A stretch of DNA of 63,358 nt, filler included, from Thermodesulfobacteriota bacterium (GTDB taxonomy: Bacteria > DASVDK01), in NCBI GenBank assembly GCA_036381125.1. It is 7 parts of 7 records of this genome, joined end to end, with 100 filler letters (N's around TTAATTAATTAA, not from the genome) between each part and the next. Parts side by side here need not be neighbours in the genome. Positions count along the whole stretch, not along the records: positions 23,704 to 53,498 come from DASVDK010000036.1; positions 53,599 to 60,643 come from DASVDK010000037.1; positions 60,744 to 63,358 come from DASVDK010000046.1; 4 more parts are not named here. The stretch is one strand, 5' to 3'. The position numbers and the translations under genes are program-made. The stretch's first letter is position 1, and every line of letters begins with the position of its first letter. Positions 50,165 through 61,257 of the stretch are shown piece by piece. Under the pieces are notes generated by a model. The model saw only the letters and a program-made list of their open reading frames with translations, did no database searches and was not told where the DNA came from.

Positions 50165-51693
50165 GGGGGATGGTCGCCGCGGCCTCGCCGCCCGCCGCGC
50201 GGGCGGGGGCCGAGGTGCTCGCCGCGGGCGGCCACGCCGTGGACGCCGCGATCGCGGCCGCGCTCGTCATGGGCGTGGTCGAGCCGATCGACTGCGGGCT
50301 CGCGGCCGGCGGCTTCCTCGTCGTCCACGACGGGGAGAGCGGCGCCGCGCACGCGCTCGACTTCATGGGCGCCGCCCCGCGGGCCGCCCGCTACGAGTTC
50401 GTGCCGGAGTTCGGCGATTTCCTCAAGGACTTCCGGCTCCGGGTGAAGGACCGCGCCAACGAGCTCGGGGCGCGCGCGGTGGCGGTGCCGGGGGCGCTGC
50501 GCGGCTTCGAGGCGGCCCACCGCCGCTTCGGCCGCCTCCCCTGGGCCGACCTCGTGGCGCCGGCCGCCCGGGTGGCGCGCGAGGGGTTCCGCGTCGATCG
50601 CTACCTGGCCGAGCGGATCGCGGAGAACGGCGACTACCTCGCCCGCTTCCCCGAGTCGCGCCGCCTCCTCCACGGCGAGGGCGGCCCGCGGCGGCCCGGC
50701 GAGCCGATGGCGAGCCCGGACCTCGCCCGGAGCCTCGACGCGGTCGGCCGCGAGGGGGCCGACGCGCTCTACACCGGCAGCCTCGCCGGCCCGCTGCTCG
50801 ACGAGATCCGCCGCGGCAACGGCTTCCTCGATGCGGAGGACCTGCGCGCCTATCGGGTCCGCTGGCGGCCGCCCGCCGAGGGGGTCTTCGCCGGCTGCCG
50901 GGTCTCGTCGATGTCCCCCCCGTCGGCGGGTGCGCTCGTCGTCGCGGCGCTCCAGGCGCTCGACGGCCGGCTCGACGGCAACGCCCTCGCACGCCAGGAC
51001 CCGGCGGCGCTCGATCGGGTGCTCCGCGTGATGCGGGCGGCCCAGGCGGCGCGGGCGGCGCACCTCGGCGACCCGCTCTTCACGCCGGTTCCGGTCGAGC
51101 GCTGGACCGGCGCCGAGTTCGCCGCGACCCTCGCGGCCGAGGGCCCCGAGACGACCTCCCTCTCGGTCGTCGACCGCGACGGCAACGCCGTGAGCCTCAC
51201 CTACTCGAACATGAACTTCTCCGGCATCACCGTGCCGGGGACCGGCATCGTCCTGAACAACCAGATGCTGCTCTTCACCCCCGTCCCCGGCACGGCCAAC
51301 TCGATCGAGCCGGGCCGGCGCCCCGCGAGCAGCATGTGCCCGACCGTCCTCGTCCGGGACGGGCGGGTGCGCCTCGCCCTCGGCGCCTCGGGCGGTCCGC
51401 GCATCCCGACGGCGATCGTCTGGGTGGTCCTGAACCACCTCGTGGCCGGTCTGCCGATCGACCGCGCCGTCGCGCAGTGGCGGGCCCACCACGAGGGGGG
51501 CGTGGTGGACGTCGAGCGCTCGCTCGCGGCCGCGGCCGGCCCCGCGCTCGAGGCTCGCGGGTGGCGCCTGAACCCCCTCGACGATCACCACCGCCTCCTC
51601 GCCCTCTGCCAGGCGGTCGCCGTCCACGCGGACGGCCGGGTCGAGGGGGCGGGCGACCCGCGGGGCGACGGTCTCGCCGTCGCCGAGGCGTAA
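50161..51693 (+). CDS. Gamma-glutamyltransferase family protein
   Basis: GGHAVDAAIA, AVPG, ETTSLSVVD.DGN, LNNQM, PGRRP.SSM.P, GDPRGDG. Confidence 0.9.
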   Translation: MRGMVAAASPPAARAGAEVLAAGGHAVDAAIAAALVMGVVEPIDCGLAAGGFLVVHDGESGAAHALDFMGAAPRAARYEFVPEFGDFLKDFRLRVKDRANELGARAVAVPGALRGFEAAHRRFGRLPWADLVAPAARVAREGFRVDRYLAERIAENGDYLARFPESRRLLHGEGGPRRPGEPMASPDLARSLDAVGREGADALYTGSLAGPLLDEIRRGNGFLDAEDLRAYRVRWRPPAEGVFAGCRVSSMSPPSAGALVVAALQALDGRLDGNALARQDPAALDRVLRVMRAAQAARAAHLGDPLFTPVPVERWTGAEFAATLAAEGPETTSLSVVDRDGNAVSLTYSNMNFSGITVPGTGIVLNNQMLLFTPVPGTANSIEPGRRPASSMCPTVLVRDGRVRLALGASGGPRIPTAIVWVVLNHLVAGLPIDRAVAQWRAHHEGGVVDVERSLAAAAGPALEARGWRLNPLDDHHRLLALCQAVAVHADGRVEGAGDPRGDGLAVAEA

Positions 51694-51707
51694 CGAGGAG
51701 GTAGCCC

Positions 51708-52967
51708 ATGCACGACGCAACGGCGCGCGTCTTCGCCCGCATCGACGAGAACTGGCCGGCCGAGGTGGCCTTCTTGCGGGAGATCGTGTCGCACCGCAGC
51801 GAGCTCTTCGCCGAGCGGTCGGTCCAGCTCGCCATGCGGCAGAAGCTCGCCGCGATCGGCCTCGAGGTGGACACGTTCGACGCCGACGTGGCCGAGATCG
51901 CGAGGCGCCCCGGCTTCTCCCCGATCGAGTGGGGCTTCCAGGGCCGGCCCCAGGTCGTCGGCATCTGGAAGGGCCGGGGGGGCGGCAAGACGCTCGTCCT
52001 CAACGGCCACGCCGACATCGTGCCGATCGAGCCGGTCCACCACTGGACGGTCGACCCGCTGGCCGGCATCGTGCGCGACGGCCGCATGTACGGCCGCGGC
52101 ACGCAGGACATGAAGGGCGGCGTCGCGGCCATGACCTTCGCCGTGCAGGCGATCCGGGAGGCCGGCATACGGCTCAAGGGGGACCTCCTCGTCCAGTCGG
52201 TGATCGAGGAGGAGGCGACCGGCAACGGCACCCTCGCCTGCATCGCCCGCGGATACGCCGGCGACGCGGCGCTCATCCCCGAGCCGTTCGACCAGAAGAT
52301 CCTGATCGGCCACGTCGGCGTCCTCTGGGTGCGGGCCGTCATCCGCGGCCGGGCCGGGCACGCCATGGGGGCGTCGAAGCAGGTGAACGCCATCGACCAG
52401 ATGGTCAAGTACCACGGGTGGCTGCGCGCCCTCGAGCGGGAGTGGAACGCGCGCAGGCACCCCGCGTTCGCCGAGCACGACCACCCGCTCAACTTCAACC
52501 CGGGCGTGGTCCAGGGGGGCGTCTGGCCCTCGTCCGTCCCCTCGGAGGTCACGCTCGTCACCCGCTTCGCCTGCTACCCCGACGTGACGCCCGACGAGGC
52601 GAAGCGGGAGTTCCTCGCCTTCATGGCCGCGAGGCAGCGCGAGGACGAGTGGTTCCGGACGAACCCGATCGAGTTCACCTGGTACGGGCACCACGACCAC
52701 GGCTACGTCGTGCCGAAGGAGGACCCGTTCATCCAGCAGGTGGCGCGCGCGCACACGCAGGTGACCGGCCGGCCGGCCGAGTACACCACCGTGACCGGCG
52801 TGACCGACACCCGCTTCTGGGCCGTCCACCTCGGCAAGCCGGCGACCTGCTACGGCCCGATCGGCGGCAACCTCCACGCGGCCGACGAGTGGGTGGACCT
52901 CGAGAGCGTCCGCGAGGTGACCAGGGTGATCGCGAGCGTCGTGCTCGACTTCTGCGGGGTCGCCTGA
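51708..52967 (+). CDS. ArgE/DapE-family deacylase (M20)
   Basis: LNGHADIVP, YGRGTQDMKGG, IEEE.TGNG, PEP, H..DE. Confidence 0.92.
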   Translation: MHDATARVFARIDENWPAEVAFLREIVSHRSELFAERSVQLAMRQKLAAIGLEVDTFDADVAEIARRPGFSPIEWGFQGRPQVVGIWKGRGGGKTLVLNGHADIVPIEPVHHWTVDPLAGIVRDGRMYGRGTQDMKGGVAAMTFAVQAIREAGIRLKGDLLVQSVIEEEATGNGTLACIARGYAGDAALIPEPFDQKILIGHVGVLWVRAVIRGRAGHAMGASKQVNAIDQMVKYHGWLRALEREWNARRHPAFAEHDHPLNFNPGVVQGGVWPSSVPSEVTLVTRFACYPDVTPDEAKREFLAFMAARQREDEWFRTNPIEFTWYGHHDHGYVVPKEDPFIQQVARAHTQVTGRPAEYTTVTGVTDTRFWAVHLGKPATCYGPIGGNLHAADEWVDLESVREVTRVIASVVLDFCGVA

Positions 52968-53498
52968 TGCGCACGCTGATCGAGGGGGGCCACGTCGTCG
53001 CCTGGGCCGAGGGGAGCCATCGCCTCGTCCCGCGCGGCGCGCTGGTGCTCGAGGACGACCGGGTCGCCTTCGTCGGGCGGCGCTACGACGGGCCGGTCGA
53101 CCGCCGCATCGACGCCGAGGGCCGCCTCGTCATCCCGGGCTTCGTGAACCTCCACTGCCACGCGGAGGTGGAGGCGGGCGGCCGCCTCATCGCCGACGCC
53201 GGCCGGCGCGACGTCTTCCACGCCGGCTTCCTCAACTACTACGTCGCCCGTCCCGGCACGGCGTCCATGTTCCCCCGCGAGGACCGCCGCATCGGCGCCA
53301 CCCTCACCTTCGTCGAGCTGCTCCGGTCGGGCTGCACGACCGCGGTGGAGATCGGGGCGGCCGACGAGTCGGTCGTCGAGGTCGCGGGCCGGCTCGGCAT
53401 CCGCGCGTACCTGACGCCCGGCTTCAAGTCGGCGACCTACCGCGGCCGGCCCGACGGGACGATCTTCTACGAGTGGGACGAGGCGGCCGGTCGTTCCT
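52967..53498 (+). CDS. Amidohydrolase (AtzA/chlorohydrolase-like), 3'-truncated
   Basis: TGATG overlap; VIPGFVNLHCH, ELLRSGCTT. Confidence 0.85.
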
Positions 53499-53598
53499 NN
53501 NNNNNNNNNNNNNNNNNNNNNNNNNNNNNNNNNNNNNNNNNNTTAATTAATTAANNNNNNNNNNNNNNNNNNNNNNNNNNNNNNNNNNNNNNNNNNNN

Positions 53599-55020
<1,422 letters not shown>

Positions 55021-55074
55021 CGAGTAGCGGCAGCCTACGCGGCCCGGGGGGGCACTGTCAATCGGGAGGCGCCC

Positions 55075-56733
55075 ATGACCGGTTTCCTGGGCGAGACGAT
55101 CTACGACCTGGGGCTCGACCGCAACGGGGCCAACTACGAGCCGCTCTCCCCGCTGACGTTCCTCGACCGCACGGCGGCGGTCCATCCCGAGCGCCTGGCG
55201 GTGGTCCACGGCGACCGGCGCTTCACGTACGCGGAGCTGGCGGCCCGGTCCCGGCGGCTCGGCAGCGCCCTGGCCGCCGCGGGCGTCGGCAAGGGCGACA
55301 CCGTGGCGGTCATGCTGCCCAACTCGCCGGCCATGCTCGAGGCCCACTTCGGCGTCCCGATGACCGGCGCGGTCCTCAACAGCCTCAACGTCCGCCTCGA
55401 CCCCGCGACCATCGCCTTCATCCTCGAGCACGGCGAGGCGAAGGTCCTCCTTACCGACCGGGAGTTCTCGGCCACGATCGCGGCCGCGCTCGGCTCGACC
55501 AGGCGGAAGGTCCTGGTCGTGGACGTGGACGACCCGGCGGCTCGCGGGGGGGAGCGGATCGGCGAGGTCGAGTACGAGGCGTTCCTCGCCGGCGGCGATC
55601 CCCACTACCGCGGCCGGCGGCCGGACGACGAGTGGGACGCCATCGCCCTCAACTACACCTCCGGCACCACCGGGAACCCCAAGGGGGTCGTCTACCACCA
55701 CCGGGGCGCCTACCTCAACGCCATCGGCAACATGCTGGCCTGGCAGATGACCCACCACCCGGTCTACCTCTGGACGCTCCCCATGTTCCACTGCAACGGG
55801 TGGTGCTTCCCCTGGACGATCACGGCGCTCGCCGGCACGCACGTCTGCCTGCGCCGCGTCGAGGCGCCGGCCATCTTCGAGGCGATCCGCCGCGAGGGGA
55901 TCACGCACCTCTGCGGCGCGCCGGTCGTCATGAACATGCTCCTCAACGCCCCGGCCGAGCACCGGGGGCCCCTGCCGCGGCCGGTCAGGGTGATGACCGC
56001 CGCCGCGCCGCCGCCGCCGGCCGTGATCCAGCGGATGGAGCAGGCGGGGTTCGAGGTGACGCACGTGTACGGCCTCACCGAGTCCTACGGCCCGGCCACC
56101 GTCTGCGAGTGGAAGGCCGAGTGGGACGCCCTGGCGCTCGAGCCGCGCGCCGCGCAGAAGGCGCGCCAGGGGGTGGCGTACCACGTGCTCGACGGGCTCA
56201 CCGTCATGGACCCGGCCACCATGACCGAGACGCCGCGCGACGGTCGGACGATGGGCGAGGTGATGATGCGCGGCAACATCATCATGCGCGGCTACCTCAA
56301 GAACCCGACCGCCACCGACGAGGCCTTCAAGGGGGGCTGGTTCCACACCGGCGACCTCGGCGTCATGCACCCCGACGGCTACATCCAGCTCAAGGACCGC
56401 TCGAAGGACATCATCATCTCGGGCGGCGAGAACATCTCGACGATCGAGGTGGAGGGGGTCCTCTACCGCCACCACGCGGTGCTCGAGGCGGCGGTCGTGG
56501 CGAGGCCCGACGAGCACTGGGGCGAGACGCCCTGCGCCTTCGTCACGCTCCGCGACGGCGCCGAGGCGACGGCCGAGGAGATCATCGCCTTCTGCCGCGA
56601 GAACCTCGCCCACTTCAAGGTGCCGAGGACGGTCCTCTTCGGACCCTTGCCGAAGACCTCCACCGGCAAGGTGCAGAAGTTCGTGCTCCGGGAGCGGGCG
56701 CGAGCGCTCGAGCCCGGTCGGGGCGACGTCTGA
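55075..56733 (+). CDS. Acyl-CoA synthetase (AMP-forming)
   Basis: NYTSGTTGNPKG, PMFHCNGW, YGLTE, FHTGD, DRSKD..ISGGENI, PKTSTGK. Confidence 0.95.
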   Translation: MTGFLGETIYDLGLDRNGANYEPLSPLTFLDRTAAVHPERLAVVHGDRRFTYAELAARSRRLGSALAAAGVGKGDTVAVMLPNSPAMLEAHFGVPMTGAVLNSLNVRLDPATIAFILEHGEAKVLLTDREFSATIAAALGSTRRKVLVVDVDDPAARGGERIGEVEYEAFLAGGDPHYRGRRPDDEWDAIALNYTSGTTGNPKGVVYHHRGAYLNAIGNMLAWQMTHHPVYLWTLPMFHCNGWCFPWTITALAGTHVCLRRVEAPAIFEAIRREGITHLCGAPVVMNMLLNAPAEHRGPLPRPVRVMTAAAPPPPAVIQRMEQAGFEVTHVYGLTESYGPATVCEWKAEWDALALEPRAAQKARQGVAYHVLDGLTVMDPATMTETPRDGRTMGEVMMRGNIIMRGYLKNPTATDEAFKGGWFHTGDLGVMHPDGYIQLKDRSKDIIISGGENISTIEVEGVLYRHHAVLEAAVVARPDEHWGETPCAFVTLRDGAEATAEEIIAFCRENLAHFKVPRTVLFGPLPKTSTGKVQKFVLRERARALEPGRGDV

Positions 56734-56814
56734 TCCCGCGGCGCCGGGCGCGCATGCGCGGCGCCGCCGGCTCCGCGGCGCCGCCGGCTCCGAGGGGGCG
56801 CGACCCATCCGCAG

Positions 56815-56848
56815 GGTCCGGTATCGGGGATTTCCCCGATAGCGGACC
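56815..56848. promoter_or_regulatory. Long inverted repeat, core TATCGGGGA-TT-TCCCCGATA
   Basis: 9-bp perfect core plus GGTCCG/CGGACC outer arms, ~80 bp upstream of the gene at 56927. Confidence 0.55.
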
Positions 56849-56926
56849 GAAGGGGCCGGACGGCAAGCTGAGCCGTCTCGACCCGATCTTCGCTGGCCGC
56901 GCCGGGGCGGTGCCGGGAGGTGGTCC

Positions 56927-57481
56927 ATGTCCACAGGCCGCGGTCGCGCGTGGGCCTTGCTGTCGATCCTGTTCCTCTTCGCCGGGCCCGGCGAGGCGGG
57001 CGTCGCGGCCGCCCAGGAGTCGGTGCTGACGAGCCGCCTCTTCTGGGGCGGCAACCTCGGCGTGTCCACGGGCGACGTCGACTACGTCGAGATCGCGCCG
57101 TTCGTCGGGCTCAACGTGACGCCTCGGCTCTCGGCCGGGGTGAGCGTCCTCTACCGCTACCGCAGCGACGACCGCTTCGAGCACGACATCGACACCAGCG
57201 ATTACGGCGGGAGCGTCTTCGCCCGCCACGTGCTCGTGCGGCCGCTCTTCCTGCACGCCGAGTACGAGGTCGTCAACTTCGAGTACGTCCGCGCCGACCT
57301 CTCCACGACCCGCGACGTGAACCAGGCCCTGCTGCTCGGAGGTGGTGTGTCCCTGCCCGTCGCGCGCCGCGTGTCGGCGAACCTGACCGCCCTGTACAAC
57401 GTCCTCTACGACAGCGACGCACGCAACGACCCCTACGACAGCCCCTGGGTGGTTCGGGTGGGCGTCAGCGTCGGGTTCTGA
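56927..57481 (+). CDS. Small outer-membrane beta-barrel-like protein
   Basis: RBS GGAGG, signal peptide, FWGGNLG, alternating strands, C-terminal GVSVGF. Confidence 0.7.
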   Translation: MSTGRGRAWALLSILFLFAGPGEAGVAAAQESVLTSRLFWGGNLGVSTGDVDYVEIAPFVGLNVTPRLSAGVSVLYRYRSDDRFEHDIDTSDYGGSVFARHVLVRPLFLHAEYEVVNFEYVRADLSTTRDVNQALLLGGGVSLPVARRVSANLTALYNVLYDSDARNDPYDSPWVVRVGVSVGF

Positions 57482-57565
57482 CGACCGCACGGCCGGCGAG
57501 GGGGCCGGGGCTTGCCTGCAGCCTCCCGCCAGGGCGAGGCGCTCGGGCCGCCGTCCGAGGCGCCA

Positions 57566-57780
57566 CATCGCGCGCGCCCTCGCCATGCGCCCGCAGCTCC
57601 TCCTCTTCGACGAGCCGACCAGCGCCCTCGACCCCGAACTCGTCGGCGAGGTCCTCGCCGTCATGCGGGAGGTCGCCCGCGAGGGGATGACCAGGGGGCG
57701 CGTCGTCGAGGTCACCGGGACCGCGGAGTTCTTCATCCGGCCGGCGACCGGGCGTGCCCGGGAATTCCTCGCTCGCTACG
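57566..57780 (+). pseudogene. Polar amino-acid ABC ATPase (GlnQ-like) remnant
   Basis: IARALAMRPQLLLFDEPTSALDPELVGEVL.VM....EGMT then directly RGRVVE...FF..P...RAREFL; Walker A and the H-loop segment are missing. Confidence 0.8.
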
Positions 57781-57850
57781 CTTGGCGCCGCAGGTCCCGA
57801 AGCGTCCGAAGGCGGCCCTCCCCGAAGGCGGGCCGCGAAGGAGCGATGCC

Positions 57851-58258
57851 ATGCTCGAGTACATCACGCTGCCCGGCGGCGTCCTGCCCCCCGTGGGGCC
57901 CTATTCGCACGCCGTCCGCGCCGGCGACTTCCTCTTCGTCACCGGCCAGCTCGCCGAGGACCCCGCCACCGGCGAGGTCGGCCGCGGCCCCATCGTCGAC
58001 CAGGCCCGCCGCGTCATGGAGAACCTCAAGATGGTCCTCGAGCACGCGGGGAGCGGCTTCGACCGCATCGTCATGGGGCGGATCTTCCTCACCGACTTCC
58101 GCGACTACGCCGCCGTCAACGAGGTCTACGCGTCGTACTTCCCCAAGGGGCGCCTGCCGGGCCGGACCACCGTCGGCGTGCTCGCCCTCGCCGGACTCGG
58201 CGACGTGGAGATCGACCTCATCGCCTACTGCGGTCCCGTCGGAGCCGGGCGGCGCTGA
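57851..58258 (+). CDS. RidA/YjgF family protein
   Basis: GPYSHAV, FVTGQ, NEVYASYF, PGRTTV, VEID. Confidence 0.92.
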   Translation: MLEYITLPGGVLPPVGPYSHAVRAGDFLFVTGQLAEDPATGEVGRGPIVDQARRVMENLKMVLEHAGSGFDRIVMGRIFLTDFRDYAAVNEVYASYFPKGRLPGRTTVGVLALAGLGDVEIDLIAYCGPVGAGRR

Positions 58259-58341
58259 CGCTCGGGCCGGCGGGGAGGGACTGCTCCAGGGGGCCGCCCG
58301 CCGGCGGCCCCGACCGCGCCCCCGGCCGGCGGTGCCCGGGC

Positions 58342-60072
58342 TCAGAAGATGTCCGGCTCGCCGCAGGCCGGGCCGAAGCCGGTCTCGAGGAAGTCGAAGT
58401 CGCACCCCTCGTCCGCCTGCCGGATGTGGCGCGCGAAGATCCAGCCGTAGCCGCGGCCGAACCGGGGTGCCGGCGGGCGCCACCCGGCGCGCCGGCGCGC
58501 CAGCTCGGCCTCCGGGACCTGGAGGGTGATCGTGCGGGCCGGCACGTCGAGGGCGATGACGTCGCCCGTGCGCACGAGCGCCAGCGGGCCGCCGACGTAG
58601 GCCTCGGGCGCCACGTGGAGCACGCAGGCGCCGTAGCTCGTCCCGCTCATCCGCGCGTCCGACACGCGCACCATGTCGCGCACCCCCTGCCGCACGAGCC
58701 TCCTCGGGATCGGCAGCATCCCCCACTCGGGCATCCCCGGGCCCCCCTGCGGGCCGGCATTGCGCAGCACGAGCACGTGGTCGGGCGTGACGTCGAGGTC
58801 CTCGCGGTCGATCGCCGCCTTCATCGCCGGGTAGTCGTCGAAGACCAGCGCCGGCCCCGCGTGCCGCAGGAACCGCGGGTCGCAGGCGCTCGGCTTCATC
58901 ACGCAGCCGCCCGGCGCGAGGTTGCCGCGGAGGACGGCGAGCGCGCCCTCCGGGTAGACCGGCCGGTCGGCCGGACGGATGACGTCGTCGTCGTAGACCG
59001 CCGCTGCGGCGAGGTCCTCGCCGAGCGTCCGCCCCGTGACCGTCAGCGCGTCCAGGTGCAGATGCTCCGACAGCCGGCTCATCAGGCCGGGGAGGCCGCC
59101 GGCGTAGAAGAAGTCCTCCATCAGGTACCGGTCGCCGTTCGGCCGGATGTTGGCGAGGACCGGGACGCGGCGGCTCAGCCGCTCGAAGTCGTCGAGCCCG
59201 ACGTCGGCGCCCGCCCGGCGCGCCATGGCGATCAGGTGGATGATCGCGTTCGTCGAGCCGCCGATCGCCATCGCCACCGCGATCCCGTTCTCGAACGCCG
59301 CCCGCGTCAGGATGCGCCCGGGCCGGAGGTCCTCCCAGACCAGCTCCACCGCGCGCCTCCCCGCCGCCGCCATCCGGGCGTGGCCCGAGTCCGCCGCCGG
59401 GATCGAGGAGGCGCCCGGCAGCGACATGCCGATCGCCTCCGCGACCGCCGTCATGGTGCTCGCCGTGCCCATCGTCATGCAGGTGCCGTAGCTGCGGGCG
59501 ATGCCGGCCTCCATCGCCTGCCAGTCGGCGTCGCAAAGACGGCCCGCCCGCCGCTCGTCCCAGAACTTCCACGCGTCCGACCCCGAGCCGAGGACCTTGC
59601 CCTGCCAGTTGCCCCGCAGCATCGGGCCGGCCGGGACGAAGACCGCCGGCAGCCCCGCGCTCGTCGCCCCCATCAGGAGCCCCGGCGTCGTCTTGTCGCA
59701 GCCCCCCATGAGGACCGCCCCGTCGACCGGGTGGGAGCGGATCAGCTCCTCCACCTCCATCGCGAGCAGGTTCCGGTAGAGCATCGTCGTCGGCTTCACG
59801 AAGCTCTCCGAGAGCGACAGCGCCGGCAGCTCCACCGGAAAGCCCCCCGCCTGGAGGACCCCGCGCTTCACGTCCTCCACGCGCTGCTTGAAGTGCGCGT
59901 GGCACGGGTTCGCGTCGGACCAGGTGTTGACGATGGCGATGAACGGCCGCCCCACCCAGTCGGCCGGCGCGTACCCCATCTGCATGATCCGCGAGCGGTG
60001 CCCGAAGGACCGGAGGTCGTCCGGCGCGAACCACCGCGCGCTCCTGAGGTCGCCTGGCTGCTTGCGCGTCAT
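58342..60072 (-). CDS. IlvD/Edd-family sugar-acid dehydratase (L-arabinonate dehydratase-like)
   Basis: NTWSD.NPCH, PTTMLYRNL, GGCDKTTP, CMTMGTASTM, GGSTNA, SDARMSGT, EPDI. Confidence 0.93.
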   Translation of the reverse strand: MTRKQPGDLRSARWFAPDDLRSFGHRSRIMQMGYAPADWVGRPFIAIVNTWSDANPCHAHFKQRVEDVKRGVLQAGGFPVELPALSLSESFVKPTTMLYRNLLAMEVEELIRSHPVDGAVLMGGCDKTTPGLLMGATSAGLPAVFVPAGPMLRGNWQGKVLGSGSDAWKFWDERRAGRLCDADWQAMEAGIARSYGTCMTMGTASTMTAVAEAIGMSLPGASSIPAADSGHARMAAAGRRAVELVWEDLRPGRILTRAAFENGIAVAMAIGGSTNAIIHLIAMARRAGADVGLDDFERLSRRVPVLANIRPNGDRYLMEDFFYAGGLPGLMSRLSEHLHLDALTVTGRTLGEDLAAAAVYDDDVIRPADRPVYPEGALAVLRGNLAPGGCVMKPSACDPRFLRHAGPALVFDDYPAMKAAIDREDLDVTPDHVLVLRNAGPQGGPGMPEWGMLPIPRRLVRQGVRDMVRVSDARMSGTSYGACVLHVAPEAYVGGPLALVRTGDVIALDVPARTITLQVPEAELARRRAGWRPPAPRFGRGYGWIFARHIRQADEGCDFDFLETGFGPACGEPDIF

Positions 60073-60150
60073 GTCGAGGCCCCCGCGTGAAGCGGCCTGC
60101 CTGCCGGCCGGTTGCCTGCGACAGTCTATCTCGCGCTACCATTGACCCCC

Positions 60151-60238
60151 GGAGGGATGGCCGAGCGGTTGAAGGCGGCGGTCTTGAAAACCGCTAGGGT
60201 GCAAGCCCTCGTGGGTTCGAATCCCACTCCCTCCGCCA
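60151..60238 (+). tRNA. tRNA-Ser (anticodon TGA)
   Basis: GGAGGGA/TCCCTCC acceptor stem, GCGGT-CTTGAAA-ACCGC anticodon arm, long variable arm, GGTTCGAATCC, discriminator G + CCA. Confidence 0.97.
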
Positions 60239-60421
60239 CCTCTCGCCCGCGTCTGACGCGGGTTCCCGCATATGCCCCCTCCCTGGGTGTGGCCTGAAAG
60301 GTGGTCTCCGAGGACCTCTCTGCCCTCAAGTTGCCCTCAACGAGATACGACGACCGGAGTGCCGGTGCGGTGGGGTGGTGACCCGCCCCTCAGGGCGGCC
60401 GTTCCGTGACCGTCCGTGCAT

Positions 60422-60643
60422 GGCAATCAGCGCTACGTGATCGCGAACGACGAGGGGCAGGCGGCCGACGACTTCTTCCGAGTTCCAGGCCGAACACGTC
60501 ACCCCGGAGCAGCGTGCCAACCCGTCGATAGGCGGCTGGCCGGAACCGTCGTGTCTTGAGCAGCCGCGTCGTCGGCTGCCCGCGCACAAGTACCGCCGTC
60601 TGCACCTGAACCTTCCGGGCTCGCCCGAGGGCGCTGCCCTCCG
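60422..60643 (+). pseudogene. Probable phage terminase large-subunit remnant
   Basis: GNQRYVIANDEGQAADD in one frame, then TPEQRANPS..W....LEQ.RRRLPAHKYRRLHLNLPG in another; no start codon context. Confidence 0.5.
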
Positions 60644-60743
60644 NNNNNNNNNNNNNNNNNNNNNNNNNNNNNNNNNNNNNNNNNNNNTTAATTAATTAAN
60701 NNNNNNNNNNNNNNNNNNNNNNNNNNNNNNNNNNNNNNNNNNN

Positions 60744-61090
60744 GGCCCGGCAACGTGCGCGAGCTGGAGCACGCCATCGAGCATGCCGTCATCATGGCCG
60801 CCGGGCCGGAACTCACCGAGATCCCGGTCATGCGCCGGCCCGACGGGCCGGCGCTCGCCGGCAACGGCGGTTTCGCGGTGGACCTGACGCTCCCCTTCGA
60901 CCACGTGCGCAAGCTCGCGCTCGAGCAGGTCGAGTCCACCTACCTGCGCGGCCTGCTCACCATCCACCGCGGCCGTCTCGCCGCCGTCGCCCGCGCGGCT
61001 CGCATCAACGACCGCACCCTCTACGAGAAGATGCGCCAGTACGGCCTCCGGAAGGAAGACTTCCGAGGCGCCGCCGACGGGGACGCATAG
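60744..61090 (+). CDS. Sigma-54-dependent Fis-family activator, C-terminal fragment
   Basis: PGNVRELEHAIE; HTH AARINDRTLYEKMRQYGL. Confidence 0.88.
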
Positions 61091-61144
61091 GCGACGACCG
61101 CCTCCCCCGGGGGCCATCCCCCGGTGAGACCCCAACCAACGCGA

Positions 61145-61201
61145 ACCAACGGGGTCAGGTCTCCACGCTTTCCGGAGTGGAAAATGGAAAGACCTGACCC
61201 C
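61145..61201. repeat. REP/REPIN-like palindromic element (inverted copy of 1304-1360)
   Basis: GGGGTCAGGTCT-CCACGCTTTCCGGAGTGGAAAATGGAA-AGACCTGACCCC; its reverse complement aligns with the 1304 copy including flanking GTTGGT. Confidence 0.88.
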
Positions 61202-61257
61202 ACCCTGGTGTCGATCGTTGTGGACGCCCGAGGGGGCGGGCGGTATGCTCGCTCGCC

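Noticed and set aside
57585-58529. 314-aa ORF as an intact ABC ATPase
   Set aside because: Only the first ~65 codons match GlnQ; the remainder is read-through across ridA in another frame.
60151-60238. tRNA with TGA in the anticodon loop as selC or a UGA suppressor
   Set aside because: Anticodon TGA reads UCA (Ser); tRNA-Sec needs anticodon TCA and an 8-bp acceptor stem.
60422-61090. Linkage of the tRNA-adjacent remnant with the sigma-54 activator (and other cross-gap neighbourhoods)
   Set aside because: Separated by an artificial linker; contig order carries no information.
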